Positions 1-11,505 of a DNA stretch of 64,000 bases are shown piece by piece. Numbering within the stretch: position 1 is the stretch's first letter; each line of letters opens with the position of its first letter. Made by a program: the position numbers and the translations under genes. Source of the stretch: Epiperipatus broadwayi. Lineage: Eukaryota > Animalia > Onychophora. The stretch lies in NCBI GenBank assembly GCA_028023455.1, contig JAQFVV010000010.1:11594001-11658000 (forward strand), read 5' to 3'. A model generated the notes under the pieces. The model did not search any database, was not told the origin of the DNA, and was given only the letters and a program-made list of their open reading frames with translations.

Positions 1-46
1 GTGGTGTACTGTTACAAATGGCTACCCAATTGTGGGACATTGTAAT
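1..46 (+). repeat. Short dispersed repeat, second copy at 4879-4924
   Basis: gtggtgtactgttacaaatggctacccaattgtgggacattgtaa vs gtggtatactgttacaaatggccacccaaagtgtaagacattataa. Nature unknown; it may extend beyond the window start. Confidence 0.45.
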
Positions 47-1170
47 TTCAGATTCACTTATTAATTCCTATTTTTTATACTGTTACAGTTGTCAATGCAA
101 CTGTGGACTCAATGATCAGGTTCTGGTGATCAGTGACCATATAATTTGAATCTCAGAAATACACTTGAAAAACAAAATTCTGTATTTTGTTGCAGTATTA
201 ATTTAAAACGTTACTATGAAATGCGATAAGAGTAGAGGATGATTGTTATAATTTGATTATAAATTATAAAATGGAAATAATAGTGTTTATTTAAGGAATT
301 CACATTTAAAGTTGAACATCAAATTAAAGCATGATTTTGGAAATTGGATTGAGTTTTTGATGGTTGAAATTTGTTTAGATGTACTTTCTGTTTTGATGAT
401 GGATGGAGAGTTTGTTGCTGGCTTGACAATGCAATGTTTTCATGCATTTTCATGGAGTGTTCTTCTCAGGCATTGCTCTAATCCTCTTTGAGATATTCAT
501 ATTTTTTATTGTTTATCATGATTCAGTTAATATAGTTTTGCCATGATCCCCAGCCTCTAAGTCTCCAAGAAAAGAAACAAGGTATAGTTTTTTTTTATTT
601 TCTAGCCCCTAAGATTCAAAAGAGCAGGGCTTTGCAAAGATTTTTACATTAGTTTGAGTTGTAGTCGCTTATAGTGTCTAAATTGAGATAGACCTTTGGG
701 TATTTGTGCTGCATGGTATACTTGTAGTCTAGTGACTGGATTCTGTATCTATCCCAGGATTTCAGTTCATTATGCATTCTTTTGTTGTCAAATTTTCATC
801 AGATCTCTAAGAAAGGTTTTGATAAATGATTCTTGATGTAAACTTGTTTTTAGATATGCATATGTACTTATAATAAAAATACAAGGGGAATGGAAATCAG
901 TCACACACATGAACAGGATGGAATTGGAGAATGAAGCAGGGGAAATAAATTAATAAAATAAAGCCACATATTGAGACAATAAGATTGAAAGACAAGCAGG
1001 TTAGGGCTAATAATAATATAGTAATAGTGTTAGGTAAAGTGAAATATGGTTGCATGGAAGAGGAGTTTTAAGATTTTGTATTTATATTTTCTGTGTAAAA
1101 GTAATGTAAGAGTTTTTTGAAGATTAAATGATTAATATAAATATATGCTGATGAGGAAAATGTAAAAAAG

Positions 1171-2000
1171 ATGGGAGAACATGATCAGAAAGAAAAAGGT
1201 CAACGAATGGAAGGAATCCAGAGAGTAGAGGATGCTTCCATGTTAATCCAATTCTTAGAAATGTTTAAACAAATAAAAGAACAGAGCAAAGATAATAAAA
1301 AAGAGACCAACAAAGAAAAGAAGAGAATAAAGAGAAGTGGATAATAAAAATAGATCAACAAAGAGAAGATAATAAACAAAAAGAAGAGGATAATAAACAG
1401 ATGAACAAAAAGAAGTGGATAATAAAAAGAGAAGTTCAAATGCTGCTACAGAAAATAGATGAAAACAATAAAAATATGACTAATGAAATCGCAGACCAAA
1501 TAGATCAAGTCATAAAAGAAATCAGGAATAACAAAATGAGCCAAAGTGTAAAGAAGATAGTGACAATCCAAATATGTGAAGAAAATATGAAATATATTGA
1601 TGAAAATGCTATAAATGAATATTACATGGTTGCTAAAGCCACTACTAATGATGTTGATGTTATTGTAACTGATGATCTGTTGGATAAAGACATAAATGAA
1701 AAAAATGGATGAACAAAAAGTGGAAACTGATATAGAATGTCATGATTGGAAAAGAATTTAATTGATTCTTCAGTAAAATAAATGAAAATGTACATAATGA
1801 AAATGATATAAAAGACCAAATATAAATGCACAGAAATGATGACAAAAATACTGAAAATGAACAAAAGTCTATGGACATGATAAGTCAGAAGCTTGAAGAA
1901 TGCAAAGAAGAAACAGAAATGACTATTCAAAAAGTACAGCAAGTAATTAAAAAATAGAGGATCAAATCTCACCAAAGACTTAGAATTGAAACTAGAGACT
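1171..2000 (+). pseudogene. Degraded Lys/Glu-rich coiled-coil ORF, possibly a retroelement gag/ORF1 remnant
   Basis: The frame from the ATG at 1171 reads MGEHDQKEKGQRMEGIQRVEDASMLIQFLEMFKQIKEQSKDNKKE, and similar K/E/N-rich frames continue with stops and shifts (ORF 1401-1712). There is no diagnostic motif, so the assignment is inference only. Confidence 0.25.
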
Positions 2001-5000
2001 TGCACTTAGTTTTTCTAAGCCAGATATTTCAATTAAAAGTATTGAGTGTTGGTTCTATGCTAAATGGTCCAATAAAAAAATTTGTTAAGTATAACCTATC
2101 AAATAAAATAAATCAGATTAATACATATAATAAAAGATGTATTGATCTAATAGTAGAAATGTTTAGGCAACAAACCCATGAAAGAGTAGGGAAGATTTTG
2201 GCTCTCCCAACATCCAAATAACAGATTCCAAAAATGAGAGATAAAATGAGTATAAAGAATAGGACTGTTGGAAAAAAAAAATAAAGATAATCCAAGGGAG
2301 GAGACCTGGGTGAGAAAGATTTCCACGAGAAAAAAAAACTGAATAAGTCACCACCCATCCTAGTTCAACTAGACTAAAAAAAACTACTGGAGTATCTTAG
2401 CTTATTGGTTGAATTAAACTAAAGTGTCAAAATAAGGATTAAACTCAAATTCATTTCCCATATAAGACCAAGGTAATGTAACCAATGAACTACATAGTGA
2501 CAGCATGTTCTGCAGGTTTAGTTTAAGGTTATTTAATTAATGGGAGAAATAAATATTTATTGTTTTCAATTAACTAAATATTTCAAGTTTCAATATGATA
2601 GTTTAAGAATTCTCAAACATTAAATTTGTTAAATAATAATATGATATTAGTAAGTGATTATAGAGGGAGAGAAATTTATAAAATAATTAAACAAATTTTT
2701 TTCTTTCTTTCTCTTCAGTAATTATAATTAATTAGTAGTTTTTAATTTAAATTATAAAAATGTACTAAAATATTTTTTTTTTTTGTAAATTCTTTAATGG
2801 ATGTTAATTTTAATCTTAAAAGAGAGATAAAGTTTTGTTTTTATAGTAATTTTAAAAAGAAAAAAAAATGCTTTTGGTAAATTTTATTTTTAATTAGTCA
2901 GAATATGCAAAAAATCAAATCAGTGCAATTAACTGATTATCTTTTGCAAGAATTTTTTTTTAATTAGAAAGTAATGTCAAGAATATTATGGTGATATTTT
3001 TAAGTTCTTGACTTGTTTTTCAATCTTAAAGTTTAATTAAGGAGGGAAATAGTTGAACAGTTGTATTTATAAAAAATTATTTAATTGGTTGTTATAAAAA
3101 CTCATGTTGGAGATAGATTGTGATTGGCTTGTAGGCAAGATTGTTCTAGAAAAAATAATGGGATATGTGAATAAGTGAGAAGATCTAAGAGTCTGGTAAG
3201 AAGAAATATTGTTAATTTAGCTGGTGAAGAAAACAATCAAGTCTTAATTCAGCTGTTAAAGAAGAAAGAAGTTTTAACTAAGCTATTTCATAGTACAACA
3301 AGTTTTAAACAAGCTTTTAACATCCCTATGAGTTTAGTCATAAAAATGGTTTGTACAATGAAAACCATGTGCTAAATTGTATTAAAAGCTTAGACATCAT
3401 CTTCCTTGTAACCTGTCTTCGCTGGAATAAAATTGTGGAGAAGTTACTCCCTAAAGTAATCTGCAATCTTGTCTTCAATGAAAGCATGAGTTTCTCTTTT
3501 CTTAGTCTTATCTGGAAATTTTAATGGAAAGAAATGGATGAATTTTGCTATTTTTTAATATGGAATTGCTGCAAACTCAGAAAAAGACAAATTAACCATT
3601 TACATGTCTAGAAGCCTTCAAGGAAAAACTCAATTGGAAAAAACTGGAAAGGACTCCACAGAAAATAAAACCATGGTTAAAGGTTTTTTTTGTGTGTGCA
3701 TGTACTAAATTTTTAAGTATAGTAAAAAAAGATTGCTTTTTATTGTAGGAATTGGTAATTTTAAATATTTTTTTTAAAAATCCAGTCAATTTTCTCTTAA
3801 AAATTATAGACATAGGTTTTAGAAAGTCAAATTTTTTGTAATATTTTTTTCTTTTCATTTGTTTTCCCTCCTAAAGAACTTAATAAAAGGTTAAGTAAGC
3901 TAATTCGAAGATTGTTATCCTTGACTTTGAAAATTTTTTTCCAACTCTTAGTTATTTTAAAGAAATAATTTAATTAATTAAAAGTTAATTTATGAATAGA
4001 AATCAACTGATTGATTATAATTCTATGAAAATAATATATTTTTTGATGAAATGAATGTCAATTTCTTTTATTTATTGTTAATCAATTAGTTATTAAATAA
4101 TTGTTTCAAGATATTTTTTAGTCTTTATTCCTTCCAATTCCTGTTTCATAAATTGCAGTGTGTGTGATTTTATTTCATGACAGCTTAATATTGTAGGATT
4201 TTTTTTTAAATGATCCCAATAAAACTATTTACTTATAAAAGGGTAAACCTAGAAATTATTTGAAGTGATTTATAATAAGTTGTTTTATTTTTTTATTTAT
4301 TTATCTCTTACAGTAATAGTTGATAAGTTCTTGCTTCCTGAGCTAGATTTGTGCATAATACTTATGGAGTAGGGGTTTATGTTTAGTATTGTGGACATCC
4401 AGATGATGATGATCCTGATTGGTGCAATACGGATATCCTTTAAAGTTCATGCACTACATTTTATTTTATTTCTTTAGAAATTTAATTTATAGTTGGCCAG
4501 TACATTAATGGTACTAAGTGGCCAGAGCATTGATGATGGTCAGGATGTTTTAGTATCTCAACATTATTTGACTTATTGTTGTAGTCTGATAGAATAGCAC
4601 CTAAGTATGGGCATCCATATAATAATTGTTTGTATTCCTGCCCTAGGTTTGGTAGTGGCTAAATAATTAGGCTGGTTTATAGTGCACTTTCAAATACAGT
4701 CACAAAACTGACTTGATTTATTTTTATTGTTGATCATTCATGATGATGAATGATTATTACTTAATACTGGTGAACTTACAACTCTGTGCTGATCTACCAT
4801 GCTCATTCCTTTTATATTTCATTTTATATTTTATTTGGGGATGCTGATGGAGTTTCTCATCTCATAATTTAGCCTAATGTGGTATACTGTTACAAATGGC
4901 CACCCAAAGTGTAAGACATTATAACTGCACTTGGATGCACCCATTCTCAAAAGAATGTCATCTTACAGTTTTTTATATTGTAGATAGAACGCAAAATGTA

Positions 5001-5524
5001 ACAAAGTTAGTATTATATAAACATTCCTAGATACAAATTGTTGAACAGAATATAGATTAGTATGTTTCAAGATTAAAATGATAGTTGAATTAAAAAAAAT
5101 TATCCTTTTCAAACATAATGATGTTTGTTTTTTGGAGGAAAATTATTAATAACTATTTCTAGTTTATATTTTTAAGCTTGTCATTTTTCTGAGGTATGGA
5201 ATTCTTTTAAATGAGTTCATGTTTATATCATTCTTCTGAGGCATGAAATTATTTTAAGAAAGTCAGTATTTAGATTCACTAAAAAAAAAAAAAAAAATTT
5301 TAGTTTGTTTTCTGACTGATTGTATTATTAATAATATAATTTTAAAAAATATGGTATTATTCACTTGACAGAATTGTAAATGAATTTGGAGCTTCATAAG
5401 CAATGAAGGATTAAAAAGTAAAAGATGATTAAATTAAAAAGATGTAAGAAAGGAACTGCATGGAAGATAGTCATCACTGATCCTTGTTATTTTGGATTTT
5501 TGCTTTTAAAAACAACATAGACCT

Positions 5525-6129
5525 CAACACTTGGACTTCCTTGTAAAGCTGAATATCTTCTCTCTGCCCACTAACCACTTCCTGGTGTGCAAGAGGGGAT
5601 TCTCACGCCTCAACACCCTTTGCCCAATCTGCTCATCGGACGAAGAAACTATTCAGCATGTATTACTCACCTGCCCTTATCTCAGTCAGATTCGGCGCCT
5701 TATCTACAAAGGGAACACAACCAACACCCAAAATATATCCATTAAGCATGTCATCAAAAACGACACCTTCTCCCTCATCAGATTGTCCATCTTCCTCACA
5801 TTGGCAATCTGGCTTACCAGGTGTAAGCTCATTTTCACGCAAGGAAATCCCAATGCCTGCCAGACCTTCCTCAAGCTACTCAACAAGATAAAGCAAAGAG
5901 ATAAATTGTTGGCTCCTGAATGGTTTTTCAGAGACACCTGATCAAGCGTCTCCTTCCCTAAGCAGATGAACGCTCACCTTGAGAAATTCAAAGCACCCAC
6001 ACTTACACCATGATGCAGCCATCTAGTGCTACAACACCAGCATAAGTGACAAGATTACCTGGACTCTTTGATTTACTTAGCTCATGTAACATGAATAGTC
6101 CCAATAAAGTTGTTTTGGAAAAAAAAAAA
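5525..6129 (+). mobile_element. 5'-truncated non-LTR retrotransposon 3' end (L1/Tx1-like)
   Basis: Sharp GC increase. ORF 5531-5941 has LPT...CPICSSDEETIQHVLLTCP...IWLTRCKLIF, the zinc-finger region C-terminal to RT. AATAAA at 6103-6108, A11 tail at 6119-6129, and agacct flanks both ends (5519-5524, 6131-6136) as a possible short TSD. Confidence 0.8.
5531..5941 (+). CDS. C-terminal fragment of LINE ORF2 (CCHC zinc finger after RT)
   Basis: Open 136-aa frame with a CX2C...HX4C motif and a downstream IW..R..IF motif typical of L1/Tx1-type ORF2. The start is a truncation, not a true initiation codon. Confidence 0.7.
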   Translation: MDFLVKLNIFSLPTNHFLVCKRGFSRLNTLCPICSSDEETIQHVLLTCPYLSQIRRLIYKGNTTNTQNISIKHVIKNDTFSLIRLSIFLTLAIWLTRCKLIFTQGNPNACQTFLKLLNKIKQRDKLLAPEWFFRDT

Positions 6130-7689
6130 CAGACCTACAAAACAATATAATCTTATTAAATCAATGGAGAGTATTTTTTTATATGATAGTAATAATTTGA
6201 TCTTTTGAAGAGAATGGATTTTTCACTTCTGAATAATAACATAGAATTCAGATGACTACTTTTAACTAATATATTTATCCTCCAGCTTATTTAAATAATA
6301 GGAGATATGCAACTTGTTTGATTAAAAACAGTAAATCTTGGAAAGTCTAATATAACAGCTTACAGCAATTACAAGTTTTTTAAGATTTTATAGATCCATG
6401 AAATTGTGTCACCTAATCTTAAGCATTTTTTTTATAATTCTAATTTATGAAAGTAAAAGGAATAATTGCAGTAATTTTGAAATATTATTTTGATCGACTG
6501 CAGCAAAATTCTTTCAACAGTTTTACTAATTATCTTTGCTTCCAATCAAAATGATAATTAGAATCAAAATACATTATAACAGTTTTTTCTGCCAAATAAA
6601 TGTAATGAGAAAAGGTATGATAAGATGGGAGAGATTCTGATCTGGCCTAAGTGCAAAGTGCTAATTCACTATGATGTGTATCTTGGAGATCTTTGCCTTT
6701 TTTTTTTAGATGTCTATTCATATGATTAAAATATAGAATAGTGACAATTGTGAGTGCAGAAATTAGGAATTTTTTGATTAAATTGTAATAATTTGATATT
6801 AGAAATAATGAGCAAAGATAAGATATGAGAGGTTGTGATTTAGGCCAACTGAAGAATGTTGTTCATTATGAACTGAATCTTGAAGGTCATTCATCTTTTC
6901 CAAATATCTTATTTATATGATTAAAGTATACATAAAGAAATGAAAAGTTATAAATTTTTTTTAAGTTATTACACATGGTAAAAAAAGAGGGATGGGTATG
7001 ATTAATTATTCCATGCGTTTATATGTATTTTTAATGAAAGTGTAAATGTTATAATTTCTAGCCTAATAAATAAATAATCATTAAGATATTTATCTGGTGG
7101 GGGGGGGTCAATGTGAGTGATAAAGTTTGGTATAATTACACATACATTTCTTTCTGTTGATTTGATAAAGTCATTTGATCCTTATTGTAAAGATTTGTAG
7201 CAATTAATTGGTTGTTCACTAAAATGTATTATTATACAGCTTTTTCACAATGGGATTATGGGAAGTAATTTTGCTGAAATTAAGTGATCTTAAACAGAGG
7301 ATTTCTATCTTTGTATGCATATGTATGATAGTGATCATTGGAATTGATATAAACGGCTTCATGTAGCAAGCATAGTGATGCAATATACTGTGATCATGGA
7401 ATTCTTACTTTGTATCAATTAAATGTAAAGAGAAATCCATTTTTTGGGCATATAGATTTGCTGTGCCTTTGCTGGAAGACTATGCAGTTCTTGCCATTTC
7501 AGTTGTTGATCTATGGAACATTCTTAATGCAATATATAAAAACTTTGCTTTAATAAATAATGTTAAAAGACAGGTGCTTTATCAATCAGCAATGGAAGAA
7601 AAATCAACTTAGCTTGAGTGGTTAGGAGATGGACATCAATTTAAATATTTTTGTAACTTTTTAGTTACAAAAGCAGTCTTGAATTAATA

Positions 7690-8365
7690 ATACGCTGATG
7701 CGTTGTGGTGAAACTTTTCTATATAATAATTTATGTAGGCTTAGCGCTTTCAGAGTTTTGTTACCCCATAATCATAGCCTCTTTAAATTATCAACGTCGT
7801 TATATGCAAATGTAAGCAAAACTATTTTTTTTTTATTATCCATTTTCTGGAAATGGCAAAACACGTGTCTTTTCTATTTATTGAGTTGATGTCATTGGTA
7901 ATAAAACAAGCTTTCTTGATTTTTCTCTTGATATCATTCCTATCTATGCATAATATAAGCCTTGGAGGGTTCAAATCTGTGGTTGAGCTCTTGTTGATGG
8001 TCAGCAAAAACGGAACTGCCTTCTTTTTTGGTTATTGCTCGTGTATTTGTGTTGAGCTAATCTATTGCCAATTGTGGCATGAGTCTTACCATAATAAATA
8101 GCACCACACCCCATCTGAGGGCACACAATTCTATATAAGGTAAAGCAATTGGAAAAATTTAATTTAAGAATTTCTCTTTACTATTCTGAAAATATGATAG
8201 CAAGATCTAAGTTCTCTCAATATATTCTTCAGCTTTCTGGATGTGCTAATATTGAATGAATTTGTAAAGGTAGATTTTTGTTGGAGTGGTGTGTTGAGCA
8301 AGTAAGTAATAGCAGACTTTCTAAAAATGTATTTTATGGTGAACATGAGCATCATTTCCATGGCG
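7690..8365 (-). mobile_element. Penelope-like element 3' fragment (GIY-YIG endonuclease plus pLTR)
   Basis: The minus strand reads LYRIVCPQMGCGAIYYGKTHATIGNRLAQHKY (8150-8040; GIY-YIG-type YxIxC...YxGxT...R...H). After frameshifts it reads NDIKRKIKKACFITNDINSINRKDTCFAISRKW. A hammerhead motif follows downstream. Confidence 0.8.
7737..7780 (-). ncRNA. Minimal type I hammerhead ribozyme motif, A3-U8 core variant
   Basis: AGGCU AUGAUUA U GGGG UAACAAAA CUCU GAAAG CG CU A AGCCU. Helix I is AGGCU/AGCCU, helix II GGGG/CUCU has two G-U pairs, and helix III is the palindrome AGCGCU. Confidence 0.65.
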
Positions 8366-9419
8366 AAAGCAGTCTCACTAATATTGCAATGATTATGTCT
8401 AAAGAGATGTAGTACTGACTGTTTTCATTGACGGGATGTGATTGGATGGGATACAGTGGAAAACTATAATTAGACAAGGAAGTAATATCTCTCAGAGAGA
8501 AATGCTTGTAGAAGATGTTAAAAGCTACTGCTAAATGTTAAAATGGAATAAAAAACCAGTTTCTGATATATGTGAATGTATTTATGAATTGGGAATTAGT
8601 TTGTGTAATCAATGCAAAACTTATGAATAATGATGATGATGTGTGTGTTATTGTCTAATAAGTAGATTAAGAAAATATTAAAAAAAACAAAGGAGATTAT
8701 GTCTGTTATTGTGAAATATCAGTAATGAAAGAGCAATCACTATTTAATCTTGAAAAGACATTTGATAGAATGATTTAGGTTATTTTATGGATAATCTTGA
8801 AGAAAAAAACAAGTAAAGAATATCACTATTAAGAAATATGTTTGGAGACTATTGTTTGTAAGATTAAATTATCTTGAATCAAATAAACATGTTTTTCTTA
8901 TAGAATTAAACAGGAGAGAGAGTATAGGAAATTTCCAGTTTGGTGTACATTTATTTAAATGAATTACTAATTTATTTTTTTTCTAATGAGTTTAGAAATT
9001 ACACATTACCACACTTTTTTTCAATACTTTATTTTAAAAATATTCTGATAGTTTCAACTGACTAACCAGCTTCAAAAAAACAAAAGACATCTATAATAGC
9101 AAAAAGGAAATTCACATATGGCTTTAATGAAACTTGAGTTAACATTAGAGACAGGAAAATATTTTATATAAGATTTCTTGATTGCAAATACTGAGAATAA
9201 AAGATTGACTAGAATTTATGAAGTTGTAGCAGGTTTGTGATGAAAAATTCAATTGTATAATGTAGTTTTATATAGAACATAAAATTGTGTAACTAAGAAA
9301 AAATAGGGGGTGGGGCTTTTTAAAAACATTTTGATGAGAATAAAAAAGTTCACAGTATTAAAGAGTAGAAAGATATTATTAATATAGTAAATTTGTTAAA
9401 TAATACAGATTTTAAACTT

Positions 9420-9870
9420 CTCCCTCGATAATTTAATATACAAATTAAAAAGTGTATGAAACACTTGAACGAGAAGCTATACCGATTCCAAAACTTATTA
9501 TACGCTAAGCGCTTTCGAGGCCATTTGCCTCATATTCATAGCGGTAATGCGAGATGCAGAGCGAGGAAATAGGGCAAGGAAACAAAGCGGTATGCAAAAC
9601 GTATGCAAATGAGCTAGATAGTCCAACGTTTGGAAATGTCAAAGCAGGTATCGCGTCTATTGATAGCGTTATTATTACTGTTAATGAAGTATGCTTCTCT
9701 GATTTTCCGCTTAATGTCGTTTTTCTCAATGCTGACTATTTTGGGGTTGGAGGGTTCAAACACATGTCCGGTCTTCTTGGAATGTTCTAAGAATGTAGAA
9801 GAGTTATTGTTATTTTTCTTTGTTAAAAGAAATGGATTGAGTATACTTTTGTGCTGCATAGTATAAAAGG
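9420..9870 (-). mobile_element. Penelope-like element 3' fragment
   Basis: ORF 9614-9859 reads STFLEHSKKTGHVFEPSNPKIVSIEKNDIKRKIREAYFINSNNNAINRRDTCFDISKRW, the C-terminal half of a PLE GIY-YIG domain. CpG-rich relative to the flanks, with a hammerhead motif downstream of the stop. Confidence 0.85.
9503..9543 (-). ncRNA. Minimal type I hammerhead ribozyme motif, A3-U8 core variant
   Basis: CGCU AUGAAUA U GAGGC AAAUG GCCUC GAAAG CG CU U AGCG. All three helices pair fully; predicted cleavage between 9507 and 9506. Confidence 0.75.
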
Positions 9871-10369
9871 AGGAAGAAACGTAAGAGGTAGAACAAAGAT
9901 CACAAAAAGCTTTGTAATATTATAATGAATCTTTTTATAATAAAGTGTACATTTTGAAAATGAACAAAAGTTCACAAATAAAAATAAAGTAAATTTCCCT
10001 CATTTTTTTTCTTCTAAAATATAATGATTAAAGTTAATGATTTTATATGTAATCTCAATTTCAGAAATTTGTGATTTTTCTTAGTATGCGTCTATTTAAT
10101 TGGCTGAAGAGAATAAATCCAATATTTCTTTTCCAAAAAAAAATATTCATTATAAATTAATAGTTGTTTCTCTATCAAAAAAGTTTGGTTATTGTTTATT
10201 TTTCATTTTTGAGATTAGTGATCTTTGGATATTTCCTGTATATATTTACTATTTTTTGATGTATCGTAATAATAAAACTTAAAGAAGTTGTGCTGGAGGA
10301 AAGACAAGTACATACTTAAATGCTGGAGAGATGCTACAAGTTTAATGTTTAATACCTTTCTGCAGCTAC

Positions 10370-10540
10370 CAATAAGCTCTTTCAGAATCTAGGTGGCTTA
10401 AATTGAGTTTAAACTCTAATCCTCTTATAAAAATACCCTTATCACTAATGGTACCATAGCCATAATATTCTACATCAATACTATAAAATAAAATAGTAAA
10501 GATTAATTTAACCCCCACAGACTTCTCTCCTGATTCCTTT
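10370..10540 (-). pseudogene. Probable PIF/Harbinger transposase remnant (downstream part)
   Basis: The minus ORF contains FYSIDVEYYGYGTISDKGIF, resembling the F.YVDVG.YG..SD.GIF segment of Harbinger DDE transposases. The match was made by eye. Confidence 0.4.
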
Positions 10541-10672
10541 TTATGCATATTCTCTATTCTTCTATATGACCATCACATGATATAATTATTTCTAGTTAGG
10601 TCAGTCACAAATCTCTATTAAATGAAACCATTATTAAAAAAATGCACAAGCAAATACAGCCTTTCAAGCTAA

Positions 10673-10810
10673 CTACATATGCTTTTTACGAATATTAATA
10701 CTAATAAATGAATACTTTCATTTATTAGTATTAATATTCGTAAAAAGCGCATGTAGGCTGATCTTTAGTTTATTACAATTTATAAACATATCGCTATATA
10801 AAATAAATGC
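10673..10810. repeat. Near-perfect 84-bp palindrome (10673-10756) followed by the family-D tail
   Basis: ctacatatgctttttacgaatattaatactaataaatgaa-tact-ttcatttattagtattaatattcgtaaaaagcgcatgtag. It is followed by aaacatatcgctatataaaataaatgc, similar to the tail of the repeats at 20885-21820. Confidence 0.85.
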
Positions 10811-10904
10811 CTCATTTAACAAGTATTATAATAGTTTGATTTATATATAAACTACAATGCCGCCATTTATTGATCTCACATCTTGCACTTAACATTCATA
10901 TACA

Positions 10905-11201
10905 AAATACATCCACTTTCCACAGGAGTTTTACTATTCTTTTTGTATCAGTTCCACAAAAGTATTTTTTGATCATAACATATATGTTCATAACATATAT
11001 GTTCAAATACATCCACTTTCCACAGGGGTTTTACTATTCTTTTTGTATCAGTTCCACAAAAGTATTTTTTGATCATAACATATATGTTCAAATACATCCA
11101 CTTTCCACAGGGGTTTTACTATTCTTTTTGTATCAGTTCCACAAAAGTATTTTTTGATCATAACATATATTTTCAAATACATCCACTTTCCACAGGAGTT
11201 T
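10905..11201 (+). repeat. Tandem repeat, 85-bp unit, about 3.3 copies
   Basis: The unit aaatacatccactttccacagg(a/g)gttttactattctttttgtatcagttccacaaaagtattttttgatcataacatatatgttc starts at 10905, 11005, 11090 and 11175. The first unit has an extra 15-bp internal duplication. Confidence 0.95.
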
Positions 11202-11284
11202 ATATTTTAAATGAGCTTAACTTTTTATGTTTATTATACTAGCTAAATGATTACTTTAAATAATTTACTTTCAGATTTAGCTAC

Positions 11285-11490
11285 TGTAGTGTTTTAGTGT
11301 CTAGAAATAACAAACCAGCCAAAAACTTGTGAAGGATTCTAAGAAATGACTTAGTGCTATTTAATAACATTTGTTTACTAGTTACATTCAAAACATTAAT
11401 ACCGCAGACAATGATAATCTAGTTCCACAACACAGTCATTTCTTGAATGACGTCATGATAGAAAATCATCGCGGATCATAAGACATCACA
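11285..11490 (-). repeat. 3' LTR (206 bp)
   Basis: tgtagtgttttag...agacatcaca. About 95% identical to 15558-15756 by manual alignment, with small indels. Confidence 0.95.
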
Positions 11491-11505
11491 CTCCTTCCCC
11501 CTTAG
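11491..11505 (-). promoter_or_regulatory. Polypurine tract
   Basis: The minus strand reads ctaagggggaaggag immediately before the 3' LTR. Confidence 0.85.

Noticed and set aside
1200-1439. Hydrophobic F/L/I-rich ORFs here and elsewhere (e.g. 30189-30413, 63753-63938)
   Set aside because: Expected by chance from T-rich strands of AT-rich DNA or antisense to A-rich remnants. No motif or splice support.
7693-7718. + strand ctgatgcg...gaaac near the PLE end
   Set aside because: A9 is missing, and there is no helix II and no NUH with a paired helix III.
10905-11201. CRISPR-like periodicity
   Set aside because: Whole units are repeated with no unique spacers, the context is eukaryotic, and there are no cas genes.
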